NCBI GenBank assembly: GCA_029259175.1
Contig: JAPDJH010000002.1
Coordinates: forward strand, 18,733 to 82,732
Source of the DNA: Hadesarchaea archaeon
Lineage (GTDB): Archaea; Hadarchaeota; Hadarchaeia; Hadarchaeales; Hadarchaeaceae
Length of the DNA stretch: 64,000 nt
Direction: 5' to 3'
Part shown: positions 18,261 to 27,131 of the stretch, in pieces
How the letters are laid out: each line of letters starts with the position of its first letter
Position numbering within the stretch: position 1 is the first letter of the stretch
Notes under the pieces: generated by a model
What the model saw: the letters and a program-made list of their open reading frames with translations, nothing else
Database searches by the model: none
Told to the model about the DNA's origin: nothing
Made by a program: the position numbers and the translations under genes

Positions 18261-18872
18261 TCATCTTTTGCTCCCTTTGATGACGTACAGAGCTGCCCAG
18301 TCTTTTTTATCGGTTGTGAAAACATCTTCTCCACGAATTCCCAAAAAGTATTCAGCTTTTGTGTGAAAATGTTTAAAAACAAGGTTTTCAATTTCTTTCA
18401 AATTCCTATGCCGGATTTTCCTGAAGTAGGAACCTCTCCTTTTCACACGGGTTTTGAAATATTTTGACTCCGGATTCAACAGCATGAGGATAAATTTGCC
18501 ACTGGGCGTGAGAACTCTTGCCACTTCCTCCACCGCCTTCTTAGGATTTTTCAGAAACTCCAGAGTTGTGACCATAAAGGCCCCATCGAACGAGCTGTTG
18601 CGAAAAGGGAGTTCTTCCGCGCTTCCAATAACGAAATGTTTGTTGCTCCGCTTTTTCGCCTCTCTCAGCATCGCTTCTGAGATATCGAGACCGAAAACAT
18701 TCAATTCAGGTAGCGCCTGTTCGAAAACGCCGATACCGCATCCGATGTCGAGAATCTTGTTTCGCCCTTTCAGTTCCTTTCGTAGATATCTCACTTCTCG
18801 TTGTAACACCCGCTTTCCGAATCTACTCTCGTAGAACTTTTTGAACTTCCCAACTTCATTGAAGCTTGTCAA
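18261..18872 (-). CDS. Class I SAM-dependent methyltransferase
   Basis: Has ILDIGCGIG (motif I) and PSGKFILML. The start is TTG. Confidence 0.8.
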   Translation of the reverse strand: MTSFNEVGKFKKFYESRFGKRVLQREVRYLRKELKGRNKILDIGCGIGVFEQALPELNVFGLDISEAMLREAKKRSNKHFVIGSAEELPFRNSSFDGAFMVTTLEFLKNPKKAVEEVARVLTPSGKFILMLLNPESKYFKTRVKRRGSYFRKIRHRNLKEIENLVFKHFHTKAEYFLGIRGEDVFTTDKKDWAALYVIKGSKR

Positions 18873-18974
18873 ACCCGTCTCCCGGTTTAATCAGCAGGTA
18901 AATCATATATAAACCGTGCAAATGAACATAAAATAAAGATTTCAGGAAAATGGGTGTGTTGTGGGTGTGCAAAA

Positions 18975-19286
18975 ATGGCGGTGATGGAAATCAGTGTGAT
19001 CCCAATGGGAACCTCTGCCTCGGTGAGCGGTTTTGTCGCCGGGGCAGTTGAGCTCATCAAAAAAAGCGGGTTGCGATATCGGCTCACCGCCATGGGGACG
19101 ATCGTGGAGGGAGAGGTCGACCAGCTTTTGAAGCTCGCGGGAGAGGTTCACAAAAATGTGCTGGATCGAGGTGCCCCCCGCGTGGTCACTCTAATCAAAC
19201 TGGACGACCGGAAAGACAAACCTCTGTCTGCTGAGGGAAAAATTCGGTCCGTGCAATCCAAGCTGGAGGGATTGAATGCGGGCTGA
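18975..19286 (+). CDS. MTH1187/YkoF-family (DUF77) protein
   Basis: MAVMEISVIPMGT...GLRYRLTAMGTIVEG. Confidence 0.75.
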   Translation: MAVMEISVIPMGTSASVSGFVAGAVELIKKSGLRYRLTAMGTIVEGEVDQLLKLAGEVHKNVLDRGAPRVVTLIKLDDRKDKPLSAEGKIRSVQSKLEGLNAG

Positions 19287-19698
19287 GGTTCGCCACGTGG
19301 CTGGCCTAAGCTTTGTGGGGAAAGCCGATTCCAACCACTGGGTCGCGATGGACGGACCCACCGCTTGGGGGGGCGCGGAAGCCGGGTCAAAACCCATGGA
19401 ACTTATCTTGATAGCCTTGGGTGGATGCACAGGAATGGATGTGGTGAGCCTTCTCAAAAAAATGAGGGTGGCGTTCAGTGATTTCAAAGTAGAAATCTCC
19501 GCCGAAAAGAAAGAAGAGCATCCAAAAACGTTTACCAAAGTTCACATCAGATACGTCATCAAGAGCACCGCTCCCAAGCAGAAAATAGAGAAAGCTGTCG
19601 AGCTCTCACAGAAAAGATACTGTCCGGTTTCTGCGATTCTCCGACAGTCAGCTGAAGTTACCTATGAAATTGTTGTGTTGCCGCCGGGAGAAGGCTGA
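19276..19698 (+). CDS. OsmC-family peroxiredoxin-like protein
   Basis: Has PMELILIALGGCTGMDV and RYCPVSAIL. Confidence 0.85.
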   Translation: MRAEVRHVAGLSFVGKADSNHWVAMDGPTAWGGAEAGSKPMELILIALGGCTGMDVVSLLKKMRVAFSDFKVEISAEKKEEHPKTFTKVHIRYVIKSTAPKQKIEKAVELSQKRYCPVSAILRQSAEVTYEIVVLPPGEG

Positions 19699-19703
19699 GG
19701 AAG

Positions 19704-20480
19704 ATGACCACGGTAATCGAGGATCTGCTGTCCGCCGTCGGAAGAAGGAAGGAATTTATCGCCGGGCTCAAACTCTCAAAAGTTTCCGTGAGCCTGTGCT
19801 ACACCGCCGTGATGCTCAGCAATGGATACGTGGGACTCTGTCATACACCCACCGAGGATATCCCCCACGTGCACACCCGCCGGACGAGGAACTTCCACGA
19901 GATGGACGTGGAAGAGGCAGTCTCGCTTGCATCCTCCACGGATTTCTTGGAGAGGGTGGTGGGAATCGCCACCGTTAATGCGCTGTCGCAATATCTCATG
20001 GATCAGCAGAACTATCCGCGCGAGATGGAACGCGATGTTTTCGACGCTCTGGATTTGCGCGGGTGCGAGGAGGCCGTCGTCGTGGGATACATCCGACCAC
20101 TGGTTGGCAAGCTAAGAGGAAAGGTGAAAACCGTGAGGGTCTTCGAGCGCAACCCCCAGCTCCGGGGCGACGCCCTGCCTGACACACTTGCGGACCAGTT
20201 CCTTCCTCGGGCCGACGCGGTGGTCATTTCAGGTTCTGCAGTAGTAAACGGGAGCATCGATCGGTTGCTCGACCTCTCCAGGAATGCTCGAATCGTCGCG
20301 TTGGCCGGGCCCACAGCGAGTTTTGTCCCAGAACCTCTCTTCCGAAGGGGGGTCAGCGTTATAGCGGGTGTTTGGGCGAAAGGCGACGCGGCGGTGCGGG
20401 CGGTGGCGGAGGCAAAATCTTTCAGAGAAATCAAACCCTTGGTAAAAAAATACGTGATCAGAAAAAGTGGTAAAGCGTAA
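19704..20480 (+). CDS. DUF4213/DUF364 Rossmann-like protein (putative metal chelation family)
   Basis: Has GLCHTP and ADAVVISGSAVVNGSIDRLLDL...ALAGPTASF. Confidence 0.7.
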   Translation: MTTVIEDLLSAVGRRKEFIAGLKLSKVSVSLCYTAVMLSNGYVGLCHTPTEDIPHVHTRRTRNFHEMDVEEAVSLASSTDFLERVVGIATVNALSQYLMDQQNYPREMERDVFDALDLRGCEEAVVVGYIRPLVGKLRGKVKTVRVFERNPQLRGDALPDTLADQFLPRADAVVISGSAVVNGSIDRLLDLSRNARIVALAGPTASFVPEPLFRRGVSVIAGVWAKGDAAVRAVAEAKSFREIKPLVKKYVIRKSGKA

Positions 20481-20502
20481 CGTGTTGGGTTTTTGTCCAG
20501 AG

Positions 20503-21333
20503 CTAACCGAACACCAAGCTTGCTGCTATTCCAACGAGCAAACCGAAGACCACGTTGAAAATCTTCACCAGCACCGAATCCCGTATGGTGTAGGAAAGCA
20601 GCGGAAGCATGCCGTGTCCGTCCTGAACCACTGAGCTCGTCAGCAACACGGAAAACGGAATGGCTCCGTCCGCGTAGAGAAGTACGAACGGGATGTGGGG
20701 TCCGGAGCCGGGTATCAGCCCAACTACGGCAGCGGAGAAAATCAGCAGGGGGAGGGGAAGACGTGAGATGGTGGGCTCCAAGTTCGGGATGAGGCGGATC
20801 ACGAGCAGGGCCCCCAGCAACCACGCGAAGAGTTTGGGGAGGTGCTGCTTGATGATGTGGTTGAAAACGTGCTCCTTCACGAAGTGGCGGAGCTCGGTGC
20901 GCTCACGCTCGATGCGATGAACTTTGATCACGCACTTCTTGTCTCTGGTTATTCCGAATTTCCGAACGATCGAGTCCGTCAGGAAACCGCCCAAGATCCC
21001 GAGCACAAACAACAGGGCGAACAGCGCCAGCGCAGTCGCAGGAAATTTGGCCAACATCACGAACGCTTCATCCCCCGAAGTAGAAATCATGCAGGCTGTT
21101 ATTGCCCCCATGCTCAGGAATCCGTGCACGTAAAGCGAAACGCTGGCAAAAGCCCCAACACAGCCCGGAGTGGCTCCGAGGAAAGAGGCGAGGAGATACT
21201 GCCTTAGCGGTCCTCGGGTCATCCACTTGCTCATGCGCTTCTGGGTCCGGAGTTCGATGTATTCGATCACCGTCATCAGAACGAACACTATGGCTAAGAT
21301 GTGGATGGTTTCGCGCAGGACTTCGATTATCAT
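20503..21333 (-). CDS. Putative 10-TM metal transporter (ArsP_2-like)
   Basis: Polytopic membrane protein immediately downstream of, and abutting, a DtxR/MntR-type regulator gene. Confidence 0.6.
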   Translation of the reverse strand: MIIEVLRETIHILAIVFVLMTVIEYIELRTQKRMSKWMTRGPLRQYLLASFLGATPGCVGAFASVSLYVHGFLSMGAITACMISTSGDEAFVMLAKFPATALALFALLFVLGILGGFLTDSIVRKFGITRDKKCVIKVHRIERERTELRHFVKEHVFNHIIKQHLPKLFAWLLGALLVIRLIPNLEPTISRLPLPLLIFSAAVVGLIPGSGPHIPFVLLYADGAIPFSVLLTSSVVQDGHGMLPLLSYTIRDSVLVKIFNVVFGLLVGIAASLVFG

Positions 21334-21771
21334 TCACCTCACCTCTTCACACTTGGGATCCGGGAAGATCGGCTTGTTGCAGGGGCACAGGCGGGGGTGC
21401 CCATAGGCCCGGCATATGGAATTGACCAGTTCCTCCGAAACGTGGTAGTCCAGCCTGGAGGCTTCTTGGCAGGCCTTCTCCTTATCATGTCCCAAGAAGT
21501 TCGCTAGCAAGACTTCAAGGATCCGGTGCTTTCTCAGGAGCTTTTGGGTTATTTTGATACCCTTGGGGGTGAGTTCTACTCCACGATACCGGTGGTGGAT
21601 GACGAGCTTTTTCCTAGAGAGGTTCCGGAGGACCTCCGTCACGCTGGCTGGGCGAACCCCGAAGAACTTGGCTAAAGAGGTGGTTTTTACTCTTCTAGAC
21701 TCCTCATACTGCTGTCTGTAGATGAACTTGAGGTGCTTCGCCTCGTTCTCGGTCACTTCAATTTTTGTCAT
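21334..21771 (-). CDS. DtxR/MntR-family metal-dependent transcriptional regulator
   Basis: Has a wHTH region (SLAKFFGVRPASVTEVLRNLSRKKLV), KLLRKHRILEVLL, and a Cys/His-rich tail. Confidence 0.85.
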   Translation of the reverse strand: MTKIEVTENEAKHLKFIYRQQYEESRRVKTTSLAKFFGVRPASVTEVLRNLSRKKLVIHHRYRGVELTPKGIKITQKLLRKHRILEVLLANFLGHDKEKACQEASRLDYHVSEELVNSICRAYGHPRLCPCNKPIFPDPKCEEVR

Positions 21772-21778
21772 CAAAAAA

Positions 21779-21795
21779 TTTAGGTAATCCCTAAA
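21779..21795. promoter_or_regulatory. Candidate DtxR-type operator (inverted repeat TTTAGG-N5-CCTAAA) between a TATA-like box and the regulator ATG
   Basis: tttaggtaatccctaaa was read directly. On the minus strand, TTTTTATTTA (21801-21792) lies about 26 nt upstream of ATG 21771. Confidence 0.45.
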
Positions 21796-21985
21796 TAAAA
21801 AGATCCATCATGAGGGAAGGACCGACTTACACTATGGGGAGGAATGGGCGCTCTCATGGGGCGATTCCTGATCAGGCCCCGAAGCTTCACAAGAAAGTGG
21901 ACACCGAGCGGCAACGGCCTCGTTCGTTTTGTTTATAGGGAGTTCTAGTTATGAAAATGATGAAGTACTCGCCGGGGGTTGGCAG

Positions 21986-22648
21986 ATGAGAATCGAGGAG
22001 CTCCGGGCACTAATGGAGAAATATGCCAAGATGAAGGGGTACCGATTGAATCCAGATGAGGAAACGGTCATGACTGTTCTGCAGGGGCTGCTGAAGAACG
22101 AGGAAAGGTACGGGTATCGGTACTGTCCGTGCCGGCCGGTAACGGGTGACCGACAGGCCGATCTGCCGAAGATCTGTCCATGCAAGTGGCATCAGGAGGA
22201 GATAAGGCAGATGGGCCGCTGTCTCTGTGGTTTGTTTGTGAGCGGAGTGGATGAGGAGCTCGAGCGAATAAAGGAGCGCAAGCTCAAAGAATTGGAGCGG
22301 CGTTTGATCGAGCGGCGCAAGTCTCTGGCAGAACCGGCAATCCTCACGGATGCAACCTTTGATCGCTTCATCCGGGAGCACCCGGCGGCGGTCGTGGATT
22401 TCTGGGCCGAGTGGTGCATGCCGTGCAAGCTGCTGGCCCCGGTGATCGAGGAGCTGGCTAGGCGGTATGCTGGCAAGGTCGCCTTCGGGAAGCTCAACGT
22501 GGACGAACACCCGCGGACTGCCGCGCGGTTTGGTATAAGCGCCATCCCCATCTTGATCTTTTTCAAGAATGGGAGGCCGGTCGATCAAGTGGTGGGGGTC
22601 GCTCCCCGAGGCGAGCTCGAATCCAGGATCGCCAGGCTGCTCCGGTGA
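21986..22648 (+). CDS. Fusion of ferredoxin:thioredoxin reductase catalytic-subunit-like domain and thioredoxin
   Basis: The N-terminal domain has YCPCRPV, ICPCKWH and RCLCGLF. After a charged linker the C-terminal domain has FWAEWCMPCK...AIPILIFFKNG. Confidence 0.8.
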   Translation: MRIEELRALMEKYAKMKGYRLNPDEETVMTVLQGLLKNEERYGYRYCPCRPVTGDRQADLPKICPCKWHQEEIRQMGRCLCGLFVSGVDEELERIKERKLKELERRLIERRKSLAEPAILTDATFDRFIREHPAAVVDFWAEWCMPCKLLAPVIEELARRYAGKVAFGKLNVDEHPRTAARFGISAIPILIFFKNGRPVDQVVGVAPRGELESRIARLLR

Positions 22649-22657
22649 GCGGCTTGT

Positions 22658-22996
22658 TCACTGAGTTTTGAATTCCTTCAGAGCCTGAAGGGCAAACTTG
22701 GAGTATGCGAGGGAAGGTCCTCCGCCCATGACCACCGCGATGTAGCACGTTTCGACGATTTCCTGCTCCGTTGCTCCGGCTTCCAGCGCCTTTTTCACGT
22801 GGGTGGCAATGCACCACTCGCAGCCGCGCACGATTCCCCCAGCAAGCGCGATTAATCTCTTGGTTTTCGCTGAGAGGGCGCCGTCTTCAAAGGCATGTCT
22901 GAGAAATACGTTGAACTGTCCTCCCACTCGTGGGGAGCGCTTCCCAAGCTCTTCAGCCACTTCGTTCAGTTCTTTTGCCAGTTTTTCCATTTCCAC
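22658..22996 (-). CDS. Carboxymuconolactone decarboxylase (AhpD-like) family protein
   Basis: GCEWCIATH CxxC motif in a roughly 110-aa helical protein. Confidence 0.85.
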   Translation of the reverse strand: MEMEKLAKELNEVAEELGKRSPRVGGQFNVFLRHAFEDGALSAKTKRLIALAGGIVRGCEWCIATHVKKALEAGATEQEIVETCYIAVVMGGGPSLAYSKFALQALKEFKTQ

Positions 22997-23207
22997 TTTT
23001 TCACCTCTTTAACCCTTAAAACACCGTTTTTTAGCTTTACGGAATAATCCATATTCATCATAGTGTGAAGTAATCAAGCGTGGGATTTACTGTTGGGGAT
23101 AGTTAAATCTTGTTCGTCGCCGAGCGTCACCGTTTTCCCACTTCCTCTTTGGTAAGCACATCATTACGGGAACAACAACGCACTGCGCTACCAGCGGCGG
23201 TTTTTAT

Positions 23208-23777
23208 TCACCCCCAACGCCCTCGTCCCCCATGTTTTTCGGAATTCCCCGTTCGGCCGACAAACCGCGTGTAGAAAAGGTGGAAGAGGAGTCCAATCGC
23301 CGCTACGCCCGCGAAGGCGAAGAGTATCCTCACTCCCACCACGTACGCTCCGAAAACCGCCAGCCCGCAGAAGAGCTGTCCCACTTCCACCGTGGTGGTC
23401 GCAACGAGCATTGTTATCAGCGGAAGGAATTTCACCCCTCCGTCTTTGAAACCTCTGATTATCGGGTATGACACGACGGGACAGGGGGGCAGAACGGACC
23501 CCACAATGCCCGCGTTGACGACCCCGCGCGCTTCGCTTCCTCCTTTTCCGAACCACTTGCCGACCCGTTGGGGGGTGAGCAGGTTTTTTACAGCCGCTCC
23601 GACAAAAATCGCGGCGATGAGGGGCAGCATCAGCTTTTCAATTTCCTTCAGGCTTTGGGTTACTGCGCGCTGAAAAGCACCGGGATCCAGCAGAGCCATA
23701 CCTGCGTAAAGAATCACTGCTGCAAAGAGAACGGCGCGCAGCCCCCATGTTTCGCCCAGCGATCTCCACGAAATCAT
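23208..23777 (-). CDS. Permease, half of a split two-component membrane permease
   Basis: Polytopic, with a PPCPVVSYP motif. It pairs with 23782-24372. Confidence 0.65.
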   Translation of the reverse strand: MISWRSLGETWGLRAVLFAAVILYAGMALLDPGAFQRAVTQSLKEIEKLMLPLIAAIFVGAAVKNLLTPQRVGKWFGKGGSEARGVVNAGIVGSVLPPCPVVSYPIIRGFKDGGVKFLPLITMLVATTTVEVGQLFCGLAVFGAYVVGVRILFAFAGVAAIGLLFHLFYTRFVGRTGNSEKHGGRGRWG

Positions 23778-23781
23778 TGGC

Positions 23782-24372
23782 TCACCCCAGCAGGAAGTAG
23801 ACTAAGAATCCCGCCACGAGGGCTGCGAGGTAGGTGAGGGCGATTCTCAGCGCCATGATTCGGTGGTCGAAATAAGTCAGATCACAGGACAGGTAGCAGG
23901 GAAAAGCCAGGCCAGCTCCGAAGAGCATCCCCATGATTCCCGGGAAACCCGCCCCCGCCGCCCACAGCCCTGCGATCAGTGGATACGAGACAAACGGACA
24001 GGCGGGGAGCACACTCCCTATTCCGACCCCAAGCAATACCGCGATGGGCCCTGCCTGTTCTCCCAGATATCCGGCGAGGATTTCTTTGGGCACGAGAGTC
24101 ACGGCCGCTCCCGCGATGAAGAGCGCCGCGAGAATGAATGGGAAGAGTTTTTTCAGGGTCGAGAACGAGTCGCGAATGCTCTTTCTTGCCATGGTGGGGC
24201 TAGTCAGGCTCAACAGCAGATAAAGAGAAACGCCGAAAACGATCATGACGTGAATGAGGGGATTCTTTCCAAACCAGAGGGGCACAGTCCCGCGAAGGGG
24301 GCCGAGGAAGGCCCAGCTGCCAATCGCCGTGATCGCGATCACACTCATGGTTGCCGCTCTTTTTCGATTCAT
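23782..24372 (-). CDS. Permease, other half of the split two-component membrane permease
   Basis: Polytopic, with a PACPFVSYP motif. Confidence 0.65.
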   Translation of the reverse strand: MNRKRAATMSVIAITAIGSWAFLGPLRGTVPLWFGKNPLIHVMIVFGVSLYLLLSLTSPTMARKSIRDSFSTLKKLFPFILAALFIAGAAVTLVPKEILAGYLGEQAGPIAVLLGVGIGSVLPACPFVSYPLIAGLWAAGAGFPGIMGMLFGAGLAFPCYLSCDLTYFDHRIMALRIALTYLAALVAGFLVYFLLG

Positions 24373-24483
24373 GCGCTCAGTTTATTGCTGTAAATAGGTT
24401 AATTTAAGCATTTTGTTTACTAGAAGCGGTTAACAAAAATCCATATAAAGAAAAGCCGAGTGGAATGAGGGGGGCGGTTAGAG

Positions 24484-25269
24484 GTGAGTGGAGTCTCGGA
24501 CGTGTACGCCCGCGTCCGCGAGGAGTTCGAGAAGTTGGTCAGAAATCATCAGATCGGCGGCGAACCGGTCTACTGCGAGGTGCTGGCCAAGGGATTCGTC
24601 GGAAAGGCTCCGGCTAGGGATGACATGGTGTATTTCGAGATGCCGTCCTCCGATTACGCCTTGGTGAGAGGCAAGGAGGTTCTGTTGAGGTGCAGGTTCA
24701 GAGACGCGTGGGGGGATGCTTTCACGGATGAGCCGAAACGATACAGGGGCACGGTAGAGGAGGTGATCCGCTTACCTTTTACCTCCTCCTCCGCCCGAGC
24801 CGTGTTTTTCGCCACGCTCAACGCGGTCTGCAGCTCTCTGGGCTTGGTCAGCGGAGGCGTCCACTGTAAGGAGGGGGATCCGGAGCGGTGCGGCGAAAAG
24901 CTGGTCGAACACCTCCGGGCGCAGTTCGGTAAGGAGGTCACGGTTGCGCACATCGGCTACCAGCCAGGCCACGTGGGGGCGCTGGGCAAATCTTTCAAAA
25001 CGCTGGTCACCGATCTGGACCCTGAGAACATCGGAAAAGTGAAGTCGGGCGTTCCCATTCTGGATGGTGGGGAGAACGAGAGCGTGATCCAGAAAGCAGA
25101 CGTGGTTTGTATAACAGGGAGCGCTCTGGTGAACGGGACGTTTCCGGAGCTGCTCGAGTGGGCCCGCCGGTATTCGACCGCGGTGCTGGTGTATGGAGTG
25201 TCAGCGATCGGGGCCTGCCGCCTTTTGAACCTCCCTTTTTTCTGTCCTTATGTGCGAAAATCTGCTTAG
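24484..25269 (+). CDS. DUF364-like Rossmann-fold protein
   Basis: ADVVCITGSALVNGTFPELLEW resembles the DUF364 C-terminal signature. It is divergent from the split permease. Confidence 0.5.
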   Translation: MSGVSDVYARVREEFEKLVRNHQIGGEPVYCEVLAKGFVGKAPARDDMVYFEMPSSDYALVRGKEVLLRCRFRDAWGDAFTDEPKRYRGTVEEVIRLPFTSSSARAVFFATLNAVCSSLGLVSGGVHCKEGDPERCGEKLVEHLRAQFGKEVTVAHIGYQPGHVGALGKSFKTLVTDLDPENIGKVKSGVPILDGGENESVIQKADVVCITGSALVNGTFPELLEWARRYSTAVLVYGVSAIGACRLLNLPFFCPYVRKSA

Positions 25270-25324
25270 CGTTTTCGTTCTGTACAGCTTTAATTCCGCA
25301 AGAGAAAACAGAAGTGGTGCGACG

Positions 25325-25738
25325 ATGAGCTCTAGAAGGTCCTATCTCACTCCTCGCCAAATCCAAGTCCTCGAGCTCAAAATTCGGGGAAACAGCGTGT
25401 CACAGATTGCGCGAAAGTTAAGAACTAGCCGGTCCAACGTGAGCCGCCTGCTCAAAACGGCCGAAGAAAACATAGAGCGTGCGAAGAACACTCTGAAGCT
25501 TTTGGAAACTCTCGAGTGGCCGGTAAAGGTGGTGGCTCGAAAGAACGCGAACATCTATGAAGTGGCCGAACGTGTTTTTAAGTCGGCCGATCAGCGCGGG
25601 ATAAAAATCGCTCACAACTATGCCGAAGTTGTGCGAATCATAACCGAGTTCTTGGGTCGCAGGGGTTTGAGGCGGAGGAGGGCTTTGCGTTCGTTCGTTG
25701 TCGTGGTCAGCGCGGATGGAAAACTCGAGGTCATTTAG
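25325..25738 (+). CDS. tfx: Tfx-family DNA-binding protein
   Basis: LTPRQIQVLELKIRGNSVSQIARKLRTSRSNVSRLLKTAEENIERAKNTL. Confidence 0.75.
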   Translation: MSSRRSYLTPRQIQVLELKIRGNSVSQIARKLRTSRSNVSRLLKTAEENIERAKNTLKLLETLEWPVKVVARKNANIYEVAERVFKSADQRGIKIAHNYAEVVRIITEFLGRRGLRRRRALRSFVVVVSADGKLEVI

Positions 25739-25780
25739 AACCTGAAAACTTCTTTACTCGAGCAATTCCAATATTTCTGG

Positions 25781-26425
25781 ATGCGCACGATTACAGTGTC
25801 ACAGATGAAAAAAATTGAGCAGCGCGCGGAGCGGATTGGGATTTCGCCTCTGCTTCTAATGGAAAATGCGGGACGGGCAGTTGCGGAAACCGTGCTGAGT
25901 TTTCATCCGAAACGGGCTCTGGTCTTAGCTGGATCGGGAAACAATGGGGGAGATGGGTTTGTTGCCGCTCGGCATCTGCTCTCAGCTGGTGTGAAGGTTC
26001 GTGTTTGGTTACTAGGCTCGTTTTCCAAGCTGCGCACACCGGAGACGCGAATCAACGCCCAAGCGCTTCGCCGGCTCGATCGAAGCGTGATTTCTTGCTT
26101 GCGATCCACCAAGGATTTAACACGGCTCAAGCGCGATTTGTTGACCGCGGATGTCGTGATCGACGCGATGTTGGGCACCGGAATCAGGGGAGAGCTGCGA
26201 GAACCCTTTTTTACGGTCGTGCAGCTGGTCAACTCTGCACGCAAACCGGTCGTGGCCGTTGACGTGCCGACGGGGGTTGATCCCACGACCGGAGCGATTG
26301 CGGGCGCTGCTGTTCGAGCCACCATAACTGTTAGTTTTCATGCTGTCAAGCGGGGATTGCTGAAGGCCCGTGAGCACGCTGGAGAAATCCGAGTGGCGAG
26401 TATCGGGATTCCACCCAACTTGTGA
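25781..26425 (+). CDS. nnrE: NAD(P)H-hydrate epimerase (YjeF N-terminal domain only)
   Basis: Has LMENAG, AGSGNNGGDGFVAARHL and DAMLGTG. Confidence 0.85.
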   Translation: MRTITVSQMKKIEQRAERIGISPLLLMENAGRAVAETVLSFHPKRALVLAGSGNNGGDGFVAARHLLSAGVKVRVWLLGSFSKLRTPETRINAQALRRLDRSVISCLRSTKDLTRLKRDLLTADVVIDAMLGTGIRGELREPFFTVVQLVNSARKPVVAVDVPTGVDPTTGAIAGAAVRATITVSFHAVKRGLLKAREHAGEIRVASIGIPPNL

Positions 26426-26426
26426 C

Positions 26427-27074
26427 TCACCACATTCGTTTGATCGCCCACACTGCGAAAAACCCGACGAGACCGAAGAGAAATCCTAGTGAGTGGCCCA
26501 GCACATCGATTCCCGGCGCCATTCCGAAAAACTCTGCGGGGGCCAGGAGCAACCTGAGGGGGATCACGATGATGAAGCTCAGATTGAGCGCTCCACGACC
26601 TGCTGCACCCCATGCTCGCACGTTCAAACGATCTGATCTGAGCGATTGGAGCGCGCGGAGAAATCTCTCCCAGTTGCGTGCCGAGCTCAGAGACGCAACG
26701 GAATAGGTGATGCCGAGCACAGCATACACCATCCCTGAGGCACCTCGTGATGTTAGATTTGTGGTTCCTTTGAGTTCCCACATGATGAGTTCGATGGCAT
26801 TGGTCAGAAATGCAGCTCCAAAGGCGACTAGAAAGAGCATGAGAGTGATGGTTCGTCGATCTTTAGGGGGGAGAGAGCTCGTGAAAATAATGAAGAAAGC
26901 CATCCATGTGAGGAAGCCGTAGACGTTGTTTAGCAAGTGGTCTGGATTTTCGTGAACGAACACCGAAGTTATTATTCCCCACGGTCGATCGGCGGAAAGG
27001 GAGAGAGCGTCTTTCAGCTCTAGGGCCGAGCACAGGCCGAAACAAAGAAAGTTGAGCCCTAGGAAGACCAGCAC
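26427..27074 (-). CDS. Rhomboid-family intramembrane serine protease (divergent)
   Basis: Has HENPDHLLNN, GASGMVYAVLG and GHSLGFLFG. Confidence 0.7.
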   Translation of the reverse strand: MLVFLGLNFLCFGLCSALELKDALSLSADRPWGIITSVFVHENPDHLLNNVYGFLTWMAFFIIFTSSLPPKDRRTITLMLFLVAFGAAFLTNAIELIMWELKGTTNLTSRGASGMVYAVLGITYSVASLSSARNWERFLRALQSLRSDRLNVRAWGAAGRGALNLSFIIVIPLRLLLAPAEFFGMAPGIDVLGHSLGFLFGLVGFFAVWAIKRMW

Positions 27075-27131
27075 TAGCAGTAAAAGCGGCTCGTACCCTC
27101 GGATCGATTTTGTTTTGATGGTCTCACCCTT

